Positions 9,758 to 19,451 of a stretch of 64,000 bases of DNA are shown piece after piece. Source of the stretch: Planctomycetota bacterium. GTDB taxonomy: Bacteria; Planctomycetota; UBA1135; UBA2386. Below the pieces are notes generated by a model. It did no database searches. It was not told the DNA's origin and was given only the letters and a program-made list of their open reading frames with translations. The stretch's first letter is position 1, and each line of letters opens with the position of its first letter. Where the stretch lies: assembly GCA_965228735.1 (NCBI GenBank), contig OZ245838.1:2592001-2656000 (forward strand), written 5' to 3'. The position numbers were made by a program, and so were the translations under genes.

Positions 9758-11299
9758 ATGGTCGGGGCTCCCCACCGCCCCGCCGGAGACCTCGTGCCGA
9801 GACGATCGCCTTCCGTTCCGCGACTCAAGTGCGTCGCGGCCACCGCCCTGCTCGCGTTCGCCGCGCCGGCTCTCGCCGTCGCCCAGGACCTCGACGTCGC
9901 CAAGACGAAGCTGCAGCATCGCATGGAGGCCGAGGTCAGGAACGGCGTCAGCACGTGCGTGCAGGCCGACAGCGTCGAAGCCGTCGAGCTGCTGCTCGAG
10001 ATGTTCGAGCAGGAGACGCGCCGGACCCGCGTCCACCTGTCACCGGGTCACTACCGCGACATCTCGTGGGAGGGCTTCATCAAGATCAAGGACCCGTACG
10101 CGCGGCGGCGCGTCGAGCTCGAGCTCAAGAAGGGCAAGAACCCGCGCGTTCGGCAGTGGTGCGCCGAGGCGCTCGGCATCTACGGCGACCGCGGCTTCGG
10201 GAGCACCCTGGAGAAGGCGCTGTCCGCGCGTGAGCCCTACATCATCCAGTGGGCCGCGCGCTCGCTCGGGATGCTGAAATACGACGCTGCCAACAAGAAG
10301 CTGCAGACGCGCACCAAGCACAAGGACGACTTCGTCCGCGCCAACGCGATCGAGGCGCTCGCGCGCATCGACGACAGCACCTACCTCGTGCCGTTCCTCG
10401 TGTCGATCCGCGAGGACAGGAGCGGCGGCGTGCGATGCGCGCTGCTCGGTGCCGCCCCCGAGGTCTGCCCCGATCGCGTCGAGGAGGCCAGCACGACGGC
10501 CCTGCAGGATCCGGACTGGCGACCGCGCATGCAGGCCGTGCAGAACCTCGGGAAGATCCGCACGAAGACGGCAGTCGACGCGCTCGTCGAAGGGCTGAAG
10601 GACGGCCGCCCCGTCGTCGCCGCGCGGGCGCTGAAGGAGCTGCAGGAGCTCACGGGTCAGCCGATCGAACAGCCCGACGTCTGGCGCAGGTGGTGGGCCG
10701 ACAACCGCGAGTCGTTCGCGTTCCCCGAAGGCCGCAGCAAGGCGCAGAAGAAGTCGACGGGCACGGTCGCCTACAACGGCGTGCCGGTCGACAGCGACCA
10801 CGTCGCGTTCCTCATGGACAAGTCCTACCTCATGAAGGAGGACCTCACGAGCAAGGGCACGAGCAAGGAGGAGGCCGCCGTTGCCGAACTCGACCGCGTG
10901 CTCTCCGTGCTGCCCGAGGGGCTCGTCTTCAACGTCTTCAACTACGACACCGAGCTGCGCCCCTTCCGCAAGAAGCCGGCAGAGCTGAGCCCCAAGGTCC
11001 GGAAGCGCGCGGTCGCGTTCGCCAGCGCCGAGAGCGACGGGCGCGAGAAGGACATCTGGAACGCGCTGTCGACGGTGATGCAGGACGAGACGCTCGACAC
11101 GATCTACCTGCTGTCCTCGGGCGAACCCGACACCGGCCTCTACGTGCACTGGAACCGGGTCACGCGTCACATCGCCGACCTCAACCGCTTCCACAAGGTG
11201 ACGGTCCACAGCGTGGCCTACACGGACAACAAATGGTATCGCGACCAGCTCGAGAAGATCGCGCAGGTGACGGACGGCACGTTCGTCTGGTTCGAGTGA
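9758..11299 (+). CDS. Exported HEAT-repeat protein with C-terminal VWA domain
   Basis: Signal-like ALLAFAAPALAVAQ; HEAT repeats (VRQWCAEALG, VRANAIEALA, PRMQAVQNLG); VWA-like HVAFLMDKS, FNVFNY, DTIYLLSSGEP, VHSVA. Start uncertain. Confidence 0.8.
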   Translation: MVGAPHRPAGDLVPRRSPSVPRLKCVAATALLAFAAPALAVAQDLDVAKTKLQHRMEAEVRNGVSTCVQADSVEAVELLLEMFEQETRRTRVHLSPGHYRDISWEGFIKIKDPYARRRVELELKKGKNPRVRQWCAEALGIYGDRGFGSTLEKALSAREPYIIQWAARSLGMLKYDAANKKLQTRTKHKDDFVRANAIEALARIDDSTYLVPFLVSIREDRSGGVRCALLGAAPEVCPDRVEEASTTALQDPDWRPRMQAVQNLGKIRTKTAVDALVEGLKDGRPVVAARALKELQELTGQPIEQPDVWRRWWADNRESFAFPEGRSKAQKKSTGTVAYNGVPVDSDHVAFLMDKSYLMKEDLTSKGTSKEEAAVAELDRVLSVLPEGLVFNVFNYDTELRPFRKKPAELSPKVRKRAVAFASAESDGREKDIWNALSTVMQDETLDTIYLLSSGEPDTGLYVHWNRVTRHIADLNRFHKVTVHSVAYTDNKWYRDQLEKIAQVTDGTFVWFE

Positions 11300-11303
11300 G
11301 GAG

Positions 11304-14300
11304 ATGACGAGCCAGCCCGACGATCCGATCGACGCACTCGTCGAGGCGTGCATCCTCGCGCTCGAGGACGGCAACGACGACGCGATCGACGACATCGCGC
11401 GGGCCAACCCCGAGTTCGAAGCGGCGTTCCGCGAGCGCATCGAGCAGCTGCGTGCGGTCGGGCTGCTGCATCGACCCGAACCGGACGACCTGATCCCCGA
11501 ACGGCTCGGCGAGTTCCGGCTCGGGCGCCAGATCGGCCACGGCGGCATGGGCGCCGTCTTCCTCGCGCGCCAGGAATCGCTCGAACGCGACGTGGCGCTC
11601 AAGCTCATCCGACCGGAGCACGTGATGTTCGCGGGCGCGCGCGATCGGTTCCGCCGCGAGATGCTCGCCGTCGCGCGACTGTCGCATCCGGGAATCGTGC
11701 CGATCCTGACGACGGGCGAGGCCAGCGGCGTGCCCTACTACGCGATGGAACTGGTGCACGGCGCGAGCCTGGCCGAGGTGCTCGAAGAGCTCGCCGGCGA
11801 GGCGCCGGCCGCGCTCGATGGTCACGCGCTGCGCCGCGCACTGACCCGCCGGATGCGAGGCCACGGCGACAGCACGCCCATCGACGACGCGCCGGTGTTC
11901 TCGGGGTCGTGGGTGCAGGTGTGCTGCCGGCTGCTGCACGACGTCGCGAATGCGCTCGCTCACGCACACGAACGTGGCGTGCTGCATCGCGACCTCAAGC
12001 CGTCGAACATCCTGCTCACGACCACGGGCGAAGCGCGGCTCATCGATTTCGGTCTGGCCGCGGCCGAGGGCGATCGCCGCCTGACGCGCACGGGCGCGTC
12101 GTTCGGATCCGTGCCGTACATGGCCCCCGAACAGATCCGCGGCGACATGCAGAAGGTCGACGCCCGCACCGATGTCTACGGCCTCGGGGTCACGCTCTAC
12201 GAGCTGCTGACGCTCGTGCTGCCGTTCGGCAACAGCGCGTCGACCTTCGAACGGGTGGTGCAAGGCGTCGTCGAGCCGACGATCCACCACAACCCGCACG
12301 TGCACCCCGATGTCGACGCGATCTGCCTCAAGGCGATGGACGTCGATCGCGCGCGGCGATACGCGACCGCCGAAGAGTTCGGCGACGACCTGCTCGCGTT
12401 TCTCGAGCAGCGCTCGGTCCGGGCGCGGCGGCCGTCGACGTTCTTGCGGCTGCGGCGTTGGGCCGCACGCAACCCACGGCGCGCCGCCCTCACCGCGATC
12501 GCGTTCGTCGTGCTCGTGCCCGGCCCGCTGCTGTTCGCCTGGCAACGTCACGTGGCCGCGGCGGAGGTTCGCGACGCGCTGGCCATCGCCGAGGCGAACA
12601 TGGATCAGGCGCTCGCCGCCGTCGACCAGATGCTCGTGCGCACGGCCGAGGCCAGGCTCGCCGAGATCCCGCGAACGGCGCAGTTGCGCGAACAGCTGCT
12701 GCAGGACGCGGTCGCGTTCCATGAACGTCTCGTCGATCTCGCGAACCGCGCGGGTGACACGCGGCGCGCGCGCATCGCCCGCGCCCGGTCGCATTGGCGG
12801 CTGGGATCGTTGCAGAGCGACCTCGGCAACCTCGACGCGGGCGTCCGGCTGCTCGAGACCGCCCGCGCGGAACTCGGTGACCTGCTCGCGACGACCGCCA
12901 GCAACGAAGGGGCGGGAGCGCGCGTGGAGCTGATCACCGAGCTCGCGCGATGCTGTGAGCGCCTCGCTGCGGGCTACGGACTCACGGCGAGACCCGAGCC
13001 CGGTGAGCCGGCCTTGCGCCAGGCAACGCGGCTGTACCGCGAAGCGGACGCCCTGGACGACGACCCGAGGTGGCGCCAGGGCGCGCTCGGCGCCGAGATC
13101 GCACTCGCGATCGCCGTCGGCCGCCAGGGTCGGTTCGATGACGCGGCCGTCCTGCTGTCGGACCTCGAGGAACGCCTCGCCGACGCCGAATCGACCCGCA
13201 TGCCCGAGCCAGCGAGGCTGCAGCTGTGGGCCCAGGTCGCGGACAGCCGCGGCATGCTCGCCGCGCGCACCGGCGACTCGCAGGACGCCCTGACCTTCTT
13301 CGAGCTCGCCGTCGAGCGCCTGGAGCGCATCCCGGCCGCGGAAGACGTGGATGACGGCGGCCGCGATCCACGCGTCTACGTGGATCTCCTCGCGCGGCTC
13401 GCGAAGATGCACGCGCAACGGCGGCAGTTCCAGCGGTCGAACGAGTTCGCGAACCGCGCGCTGACCGAGTACGAGCGGCTCGCCAGGCGTGAGCCCGACC
13501 GCCCACGCTGGCTCGGAAGAACGGCCTCCATGCTCGCCACGCGCGCCAGCAATCAGCGGCAACTCGGTGACCCCGCCGATGCGCTCCCGGACTACGATCG
13601 GGCGATCCGTCTGCTCGTCGACGTCGTGAAGAGGGAGCCCGGCAACCCGCAGCACCGGACGGTGCTCGCGCTGACCCACGCAACGCGGGCCGACGCCCGA
13701 CTCGGGGTGCGCGACCATGACGGGGCACTCGCCGACTTCGCCGCTGCCACCGCGCTGCTCGAGGCCGCGCTCGAAGAACTCCCGGACAAGGGCATGGTGC
13801 GCTCCAACCTCATGGCGCTGCGCGGCAACCACGCGCAGGCCCTGGTCGAGACCGGTGATCTGGAAGGCGCGCGCGGACTCCTCGACGTCGCGATGGGCGA
13901 GGCCGAGACGCGCACCGACCCGGAAGGGCGCCGTCACCACATCGAACTGCTCGATCGCGCGAGCGACCTCGCCTCGCGGACAGGCGACAACGAACGCGCC
14001 GAAGAACTGGCCGAGGAAGCCACCGAACGCGCGCGCAAGCTGCTTGCGGACCGCCCGGACGACCCCGTGCGCCAGATCACCTTCACGTTGATGTCGCTCA
14101 ACCACGGCATCTTCCTCGCCGCGCGCCAGCGCTCCGACGAGGCGCGCGAACTATGGGAGATCGCCCTCCCGGTCGCGCGTCAGGCGGCCGAGAAGGTCGG
14201 CTACGGCCGCCGCCTGCTCGGCCTCACGATGCTGCGACTCGCGCTCGACCGCTGGCGCGCCGACGACCTCGAAGGCGCCAAAGAGTGGTTCGTCACCGCG

Positions 14301-14405
14301 CTGCAGGAAAGCGGCATCGAGAAGGCGAGCCTGAGCCTGCACCCCGAGATCGTCGAGATGTGGGAGTCGAGCGACTTCCGGGACGTGCGCCCCCCAGCGA
14401 AGTGA
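11304..14405 (+). CDS. Hanks-type Ser/Thr protein kinase with transmembrane segment and TPR-like C-terminus
   Basis: IGHGGMGAVF, VALK, HRDLKPSN, DFG, YMAPEQ, DVYGLG; RBS gaggag directly upstream. Confidence 0.95.
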   Translation: MTSQPDDPIDALVEACILALEDGNDDAIDDIARANPEFEAAFRERIEQLRAVGLLHRPEPDDLIPERLGEFRLGRQIGHGGMGAVFLARQESLERDVALKLIRPEHVMFAGARDRFRREMLAVARLSHPGIVPILTTGEASGVPYYAMELVHGASLAEVLEELAGEAPAALDGHALRRALTRRMRGHGDSTPIDDAPVFSGSWVQVCCRLLHDVANALAHAHERGVLHRDLKPSNILLTTTGEARLIDFGLAAAEGDRRLTRTGASFGSVPYMAPEQIRGDMQKVDARTDVYGLGVTLYELLTLVLPFGNSASTFERVVQGVVEPTIHHNPHVHPDVDAICLKAMDVDRARRYATAEEFGDDLLAFLEQRSVRARRPSTFLRLRRWAARNPRRAALTAIAFVVLVPGPLLFAWQRHVAAAEVRDALAIAEANMDQALAAVDQMLVRTAEARLAEIPRTAQLREQLLQDAVAFHERLVDLANRAGDTRRARIARARSHWRLGSLQSDLGNLDAGVRLLETARAELGDLLATTASNEGAGARVELITELARCCERLAAGYGLTARPEPGEPALRQATRLYREADALDDDPRWRQGALGAEIALAIAVGRQGRFDDAAVLLSDLEERLADAESTRMPEPARLQLWAQVADSRGMLAARTGDSQDALTFFELAVERLERIPAAEDVDDGGRDPRVYVDLLARLAKMHAQRRQFQRSNEFANRALTEYERLARREPDRPRWLGRTASMLATRASNQRQLGDPADALPDYDRAIRLLVDVVKREPGNPQHRTVLALTHATRADARLGVRDHDGALADFAAATALLEAALEELPDKGMVRSNLMALRGNHAQALVETGDLEGARGLLDVAMGEAETRTDPEGRRHHIELLDRASDLASRTGDNERAEELAEEATERARKLLADRPDDPVRQITFTLMSLNHGIFLAARQRSDEARELWEIALPVARQAAEKVGYGRRLLGLTMLRLALDRWRADDLEGAKEWFVTALQESGIEKASLSLHPEIVEMWESSDFRDVRPPAK

Positions 14406-14409
14406 ACCC

Positions 14410-14526
14410 ATGGCGGTACCGAACCCGTTTCGAATCCGCCACCCTCTCGACCTCAGAACCGCGACTGCTTCAGCGTGTTCCGCAGTGTCGAGCGTGGCGA
14501 ATTCGAAACGGGTTCGGTAGCGCCAT
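14410..14526. repeat. REP/MITE-like 33-bp inverted repeat (2 mismatches) between convergent genes
   Basis: atggcggtaccgaacccgtttcgaatccgccac (14410-14442) pairs with gtggcgaattcgaaacgggttcggtagcgccat (14494-14526). Confidence 0.8.
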
Positions 14527-15548
14527 CACGCGAGGTCGCTGTCGCCGAGCATGTACCACCAGTCGCGCTCGAGAACGTCGGCCGTCAGCGGTGAGCCGGT
14601 GATCAGGTAGACCATGCGCCGCTGCAGCCAGTTGGCCGACGGCGTCTTCTCGAACCCGCGCGCCTCGAGCGCCTGCCATTCGACGGACCACTCCGGGAAC
14701 ACCGTCATCAGCAGTTCTTTCTGCTCCTCGCGGAGGCGGCGCACGGCGATGTGTACGAGCGCGTCGATCGCCTGCTCGTCCCGTTCGCTCACGACCCAGT
14801 CCGCGATCGTCGCGCTGTCGGGGGCGAGGCCCATCGTCGGCTTGAGGACGACGAAGCCGACGAGCTTGCCCGTATCCGTCCGCCGCGCGGTCCAGAACTC
14901 GTAGTCGTCGCGCTGCGGGTTCTGTCGGTAGCGCCAGTCGAGGTAGCGGTAGTCGCGCCGCAGCAGGAGCCGTTTCTCGCTGCGCATCACGTCGTAGAGG
15001 CCGCCGATGTCGGGCGGGATCACGTCGACGCGTTCGATCCGGATGCCTTCCGGCGCCGGGTGTTCGCCCGCCTTGGCGTTGCGGATCAGATAATCGATGT
15101 CACGCAGGAAGTGATACTCGAGGTAACGCTTGCCGATGCGGAACGCCGCGTCGACCGGGAAGCCGTAGAGCACGGCGTCCGAGATCCGGCGGCTGTGCGC
15201 CGAGAACGGCCAGCCCGTGATCACGAAGATGCCCGGGCGCTTCAGCCCCTTGCGCCACGCGGGGTGCGTCATCGAGTCGACGCAGTGGATGAAGCGCTGT
15301 TCGCCGAACGGCGTGTCGGCGAGCACGGGCACGCCCGCGTATTGCGACACCACGGTCCCGTCCGGCGCCACCGCGAGCGAGATGCGGTGGCCCATCGGGT
15401 TCATGTGATACTGCCAGCGCCACTGCGTCATCGTGCGGTCGACGAAGTCGTCGCCGCAGACCTCGCGGAACACGAGGTTGAACGTCGCGAGAATCTGGTC
15501 TTCGTCGCCCGGCCGATACGGGCGGATCGTGAGATCTTCCTGGCTCAT
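14526..15548 (-). CDS. GNAT-family acyltransferase (tandem GNAT / Fem-like)
   Basis: IRPYRPGDE, WRWQY..NP, VDSMTHPAWR..G..G.F, LYGFP, RRDYRYLDWRY..NP, WWYMLGDSD. Confidence 0.85.
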   Translation of the reverse strand: MSQEDLTIRPYRPGDEDQILATFNLVFREVCGDDFVDRTMTQWRWQYHMNPMGHRISLAVAPDGTVVSQYAGVPVLADTPFGEQRFIHCVDSMTHPAWRKGLKRPGIFVITGWPFSAHSRRISDAVLYGFPVDAAFRIGKRYLEYHFLRDIDYLIRNAKAGEHPAPEGIRIERVDVIPPDIGGLYDVMRSEKRLLLRRDYRYLDWRYRQNPQRDDYEFWTARRTDTGKLVGFVVLKPTMGLAPDSATIADWVVSERDEQAIDALVHIAVRRLREEQKELLMTVFPEWSVEWQALEARGFEKTPSANWLQRRMVYLITGSPLTADVLERDWWYMLGDSDLA

Positions 15549-16393
15549 AGCCGACCGCAGAAGTCGGTCACCACGGCTTCGAGCGTCGCCGCTGCAGCGG
15601 CGCCGGCCTCGACCACTTCGTCGTGCGACAGCGGCACGGCGCTACGACCGGCGGCGAGGTTCGTGATCAGCGAGAGGCCGGCGAGTTCGGCCCCCATCGC
15701 GTTGAGCGCAATCGCTTCGTGCACGGTGCTCATACCGACTGCATCGGCACCGAACGCGCGGCACATGCGCACTTCTGCCGGCGTCTCGTAGGACGGGCCG
15801 AGCAGCCCCGCGTAGACGCCGCTCCCGAGCTTCGCGCCGTGCCGGCTCGCGCACTCCCGCAACAGGTCGCCGAGTGCCGTGCTGTAGACCGAGCTCTGGT
15901 CGGGGAAGCGCGGGCCGAACGCTTCCACGTGATCCCCGAGCAGCGGCGAACTGCCCGTGAGGTTGAGGTGATCCGTGATCACCATCAGGTCGCCGGCAGC
16001 CATGCCGTCGGCCGCGCCGCCGGCCGCGTTCGTGAGCAAGAACCGCGGCACCCCGAGCCGCCGCAGCGTGCGCACGACGCGCACGACCTCGTTCGGCGAC
16101 CAGCCCTCGTAGAGATGCACGCGCCCGCTCAGGCAGGCGACCGGCACCCCGGCGAGCCGCCCCAGAACGAGCGCGCCGCCGTGGCCCTCGACTTTGGGGC
16201 TGGGCCAGCCCGCCACGTCGCCGAACGGGATCTCGATCGCGTCCTCGACGCGCGCCGCCAGCCCCTTGAGGCCGCTGCCGAGCACGATCGCGATCCGCAG
16301 ATCCGCGAGGCGTTCGCCCGCGCGCTCGCGCAGGGCACTCACGGCCTGATCGACGAGAACGAGCTCGTCGGCAGAGGATTCGCTAGCGGACAA
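15545..16393 (-). CDS. punA: Purine nucleoside phosphorylase (trimeric PNP type)
   Basis: IVLGSGL, VEGHGG, GRVHLYEG, LTNAAGG, DHLN, GPSYETPAE, GADAVGMSTVHE, ITNLAAG, SHDEV. Confidence 0.95.
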   Translation of the reverse strand: MSASESSADELVLVDQAVSALRERAGERLADLRIAIVLGSGLKGLAARVEDAIEIPFGDVAGWPSPKVEGHGGALVLGRLAGVPVACLSGRVHLYEGWSPNEVVRVVRTLRRLGVPRFLLTNAAGGAADGMAAGDLMVITDHLNLTGSSPLLGDHVEAFGPRFPDQSSVYSTALGDLLRECASRHGAKLGSGVYAGLLGPSYETPAEVRMCRAFGADAVGMSTVHEAIALNAMGAELAGLSLITNLAAGRSAVPLSHDEVVEAGAAAAATLEAVVTDFCGRL

Positions 16394-18167
16394 CGGGCAC
16401 CTCGATGCGAACGGTCGCGGTATCGGTCGCGGTCACTCCCCCGGCGCGCACCTGCACCTCGAACTCGAGCTCGATCGGGGCCGCAGCCGCCGGCGCGGTG
16501 AACGAAGCGCGGACCGTCGAAGCGTCGCGCAGCTCGACGCGCGGGCCGCCGACCTGCCGCCAGCTCCAGGCCACCTCACCCGCGCCGGTCTGCGATCTGC
16601 CGGCGTCGAGGATCACGGTCGAACCGGGCCCGACCTTCTGGTCCGAGCCGGCATCGGCGAGCGGCGGCGACACCGTCACGGACGCGGTGTCGACCACCGG
16701 CTCGCTCCCGTCGCTCCACGTCGCCTCGAACGTGAGCACGTGCGCGCCCGCGACGTCCGGCGCCCGGAACGTCGGCCGCGCGCCGTCCGCCCCGGCGAGC
16801 GCCACCTGGATCCCGCCGATCTGGCGCCACGCGTGACTCGTCGCGCCGGGCATCGCTGCCGGGTCTCCGAGCGTGACCTCGACGCCACCGACCACGGCCT
16901 GATCCGCGCCGGCGATACGCGGCGACGCGTGCCCGATCATCAGCACGCCGGCGACGCAGGCCGTCATGCACGTCGCCAGCGCCCCGGCGAACATCGCGCG
17001 CAGACCGATCCGCGCGAGATCGCTGCGACGCTCGGGCGCCATCGCGCCGAGCCCGCCGATCTGGATCGCGACGCCGCCGAAGCTCGCGAACCCGCAGAGC
17101 GCGAAGCTCGCGATCATCTTCGTTCGCGGCGAGACCTCGCCGGCCGTGACCATCTCACCGAGGTTGCTGTAGGCCACGAGCTCGGTGGCCACGAGCTTGG
17201 TGCCGATGAGCTGCGCGAGCACGTTGATCTCTTCGCCGGGAACCCCCATCAGCGCCGCGATCGGCCAGAACAGCCAACCGAGCAGCTCCTCGATCGTGAG
17301 CGTGCCCGGGAAGATGCCGAGCGCCGCGTTGATCACCGCGATCAGCGCGAGGAACGCGATCAGCATGCCGCCGACGTTGAGCGCGAGCTTGAGCCCATCG
17401 GACGCGCCACCGGCCGCTGCCTCGACGGTGTTGCTGTACGGCGACTTCTCGGTCCGCGCGACCGTGCCCATCGTCTCGCTCTGCTCCGTCTCCGGCCAGA
17501 GCAGCTTGCTGCAGACGAGACCGGCCGGCACGGCCATGACGCTCGCGACCATGAGGTGGCCCGCGATCTCGGCGCGCGCGACCGGGTCGTCGCCGCCGAC
17601 GAACTGCACGTAGAGCGCGAACACGCCGCCCGCGATCGTGCAGAAGCCGCCGACCATCACGGTGTGCAGCTCGCTCATCGTCATGTTCTTGAGGAACGGC
17701 TTCACGAGCAGCGGCGCCTCGGTCTGGCCGACGAAGACGTTCGCGCACGCGGACAGCGATTCGCTGCCCGACGTGCCGAGCACGCGCACCATGACCCACG
17801 CCATGCCGCGCACGACGAGCTGCATCACGCCGAGGTGATAGAGCACGGCCATGAAGCTGCTGAAGAAGATCAGCGTCGGCAGGATCTGGAACGCGAACAC
17901 GAAGCCGAGGTCGTTGTTCCCCGTCGCGAGCGGACCGAACACGAACTCGCTGCCGGCCTGGCCGAGCTGCAAGAACCAGTCGAAGCCGCGCCCGACCGCC
18001 TGCAACGCCGCGTTGCCGCCGCTCCAGAACAGGAACGTCACCCCAAACAGCGCCTGCAGCAGAACGCCCACGCCAACGAGCCGCCAGGAGATCGCGCGCC
18101 GGTCCCGCGAGAGCAGGAAACAGATCGCGAGGATGGCGACGATTCCGATCACCGAGACGAACCGCAT
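16383..18167 (-). CDS. Concentrative nucleoside transporter (NupC/CNT) fused to two C-terminal PKD-like Ig domains
   Basis: CNT motifs FAFQILPTLIFFSS, ANVFVGQTEAPL, TIAG, KLVATELVAY, FALCGFASFGG..IQIGG; then AGADQ.V...W.Q.GG..V.L...A...F.AP twice. Confidence 0.9.
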   Translation of the reverse strand: MRFVSVIGIVAILAICFLLSRDRRAISWRLVGVGVLLQALFGVTFLFWSGGNAALQAVGRGFDWFLQLGQAGSEFVFGPLATGNNDLGFVFAFQILPTLIFFSSFMAVLYHLGVMQLVVRGMAWVMVRVLGTSGSESLSACANVFVGQTEAPLLVKPFLKNMTMSELHTVMVGGFCTIAGGVFALYVQFVGGDDPVARAEIAGHLMVASVMAVPAGLVCSKLLWPETEQSETMGTVARTEKSPYSNTVEAAAGGASDGLKLALNVGGMLIAFLALIAVINAALGIFPGTLTIEELLGWLFWPIAALMGVPGEEINVLAQLIGTKLVATELVAYSNLGEMVTAGEVSPRTKMIASFALCGFASFGGVAIQIGGLGAMAPERRSDLARIGLRAMFAGALATCMTACVAGVLMIGHASPRIAGADQAVVGGVEVTLGDPAAMPGATSHAWRQIGGIQVALAGADGARPTFRAPDVAGAHVLTFEATWSDGSEPVVDTASVTVSPPLADAGSDQKVGPGSTVILDAGRSQTGAGEVAWSWRQVGGPRVELRDASTVRASFTAPAAAAPIELEFEVQVRAGGVTATDTATVRIEVPVVR

Positions 18168-18264
18168 CGCCGCGGGACTCTATCCGCCGGCACTGCTTGA
18201 CGCCCCCACGGATCTGGCCGAGCATCGCGGGGTCGACCACACCTCGCCCGACCGTAGACCAACC

Positions 18265-19437
18265 ATGATCCGCGTTCCCCACCCCGTTCTTTCCCTCCTG
18301 GCAGTGGCCGCCACGTTCGCTGCCGCCGCCGCCGCCCAGGGCTGCGCGACCGCGTCGGACACCTGGTGGCAACGCGACCGCCTGCCGCAGTCGCCGCAGA
18401 ACCCGACCGGGGTGAGCGTGATCCAGGGCCTCGACGAGGGCGAGAGCATCGGCGTCGTATTCGAGATGCCGGCCACCATGGCGCCGCAGCTCGTGACCCA
18501 GGTCGTCGCGCCCTGGGGTGCCACGGGCGGCATCCCGGGCTTCCAGGCGCTGCTCGACCTCGAGGTCTACGACGGCGTGAGCTTCGCCGGCGGCGCGGTC
18601 AACATGGGCAACCTCGTGTTCAGCCTGTCGCAGAACGCGGCGGCCAACATGCAGGTCCAGAGCCACGGCCTCAACGTGCTCGACACGAGCTCGTTCGGCA
18701 TCGTCGTCGGCACTGCGCCGCCGAACGGCACGCCCGCGATGCGGCGCTTCGCGATCTGCTTCACGGTCGACATCAACCTGCACCCGACGGGCTCGTGCCA
18801 GACCGGCTGGGCTGCGAACTTCTTCACCGACAACAGCTCGTTCAACATCTTCTGCGACCCGGTCGTCACGCCGCCACGAACCAGCCTGCTCCGGTATCGC
18901 AACGGCTGCGGCGGCGCCAACCTCGGATGGCACGATGTCACGACGGCGACGGTGTCGGGCATCCCGCTGTGCGGTCCCTACTACCAGGGCATCTGGGCCA
19001 TCCGCTGCTGCACGCGCGACGCATTCCCCGCGTCGTACGCGACGTTCGGCGTCGGGTGCGCGGGCACGATGCCGGTGAGCACGCTGCAGCCCGTCGGCCT
19101 GCCTCGCATCGGCACCACGATGAACGTGATCGTGAACAACCTGCCCGACAACGTCTGCCTGTGGCTCACGGGCTTCAGCAACACGTCGTCGTCACTCGGC
19201 CCGCTGCCGTTCAGCCTCGGCCCGCTCGGCGCCGTCGGCTGCGATCTGCGCGTGAGCCCGGACTCGACGCAGCTGCTGTTCGCGAACAACAACGTCACGC
19301 TCACGAGCCTCACGCTGCCGAACGTGCCGGGCCTAATCGGCCTGCCGCTCTACCAGCAGGCGCTCGCCTCCGACACCGCGGGCAACGCGCTCGGCGCCGT
19401 CGCGTCCGACGCGGCGGCCGGCGTCGTCGGCCAGTAG
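18265..19437 (+). CDS. Secreted Cys-containing hypothetical protein with a conserved-looking C-terminal domain
   Basis: ATG at 18265; signal peptide ending AAAQ; C-terminal FGVGC...PRIG...GCDLRV...LYQQ...SDA. Confidence 0.85.
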   Translation: MIRVPHPVLSLLAVAATFAAAAAAQGCATASDTWWQRDRLPQSPQNPTGVSVIQGLDEGESIGVVFEMPATMAPQLVTQVVAPWGATGGIPGFQALLDLEVYDGVSFAGGAVNMGNLVFSLSQNAAANMQVQSHGLNVLDTSSFGIVVGTAPPNGTPAMRRFAICFTVDINLHPTGSCQTGWAANFFTDNSSFNIFCDPVVTPPRTSLLRYRNGCGGANLGWHDVTTATVSGIPLCGPYYQGIWAIRCCTRDAFPASYATFGVGCAGTMPVSTLQPVGLPRIGTTMNVIVNNLPDNVCLWLTGFSNTSSSLGPLPFSLGPLGAVGCDLRVSPDSTQLLFANNNVTLTSLTLPNVPGLIGLPLYQQALASDTAGNALGAVASDAAAGVVGQ

Positions 19438-19451
19438 CGAGAACCACGATC

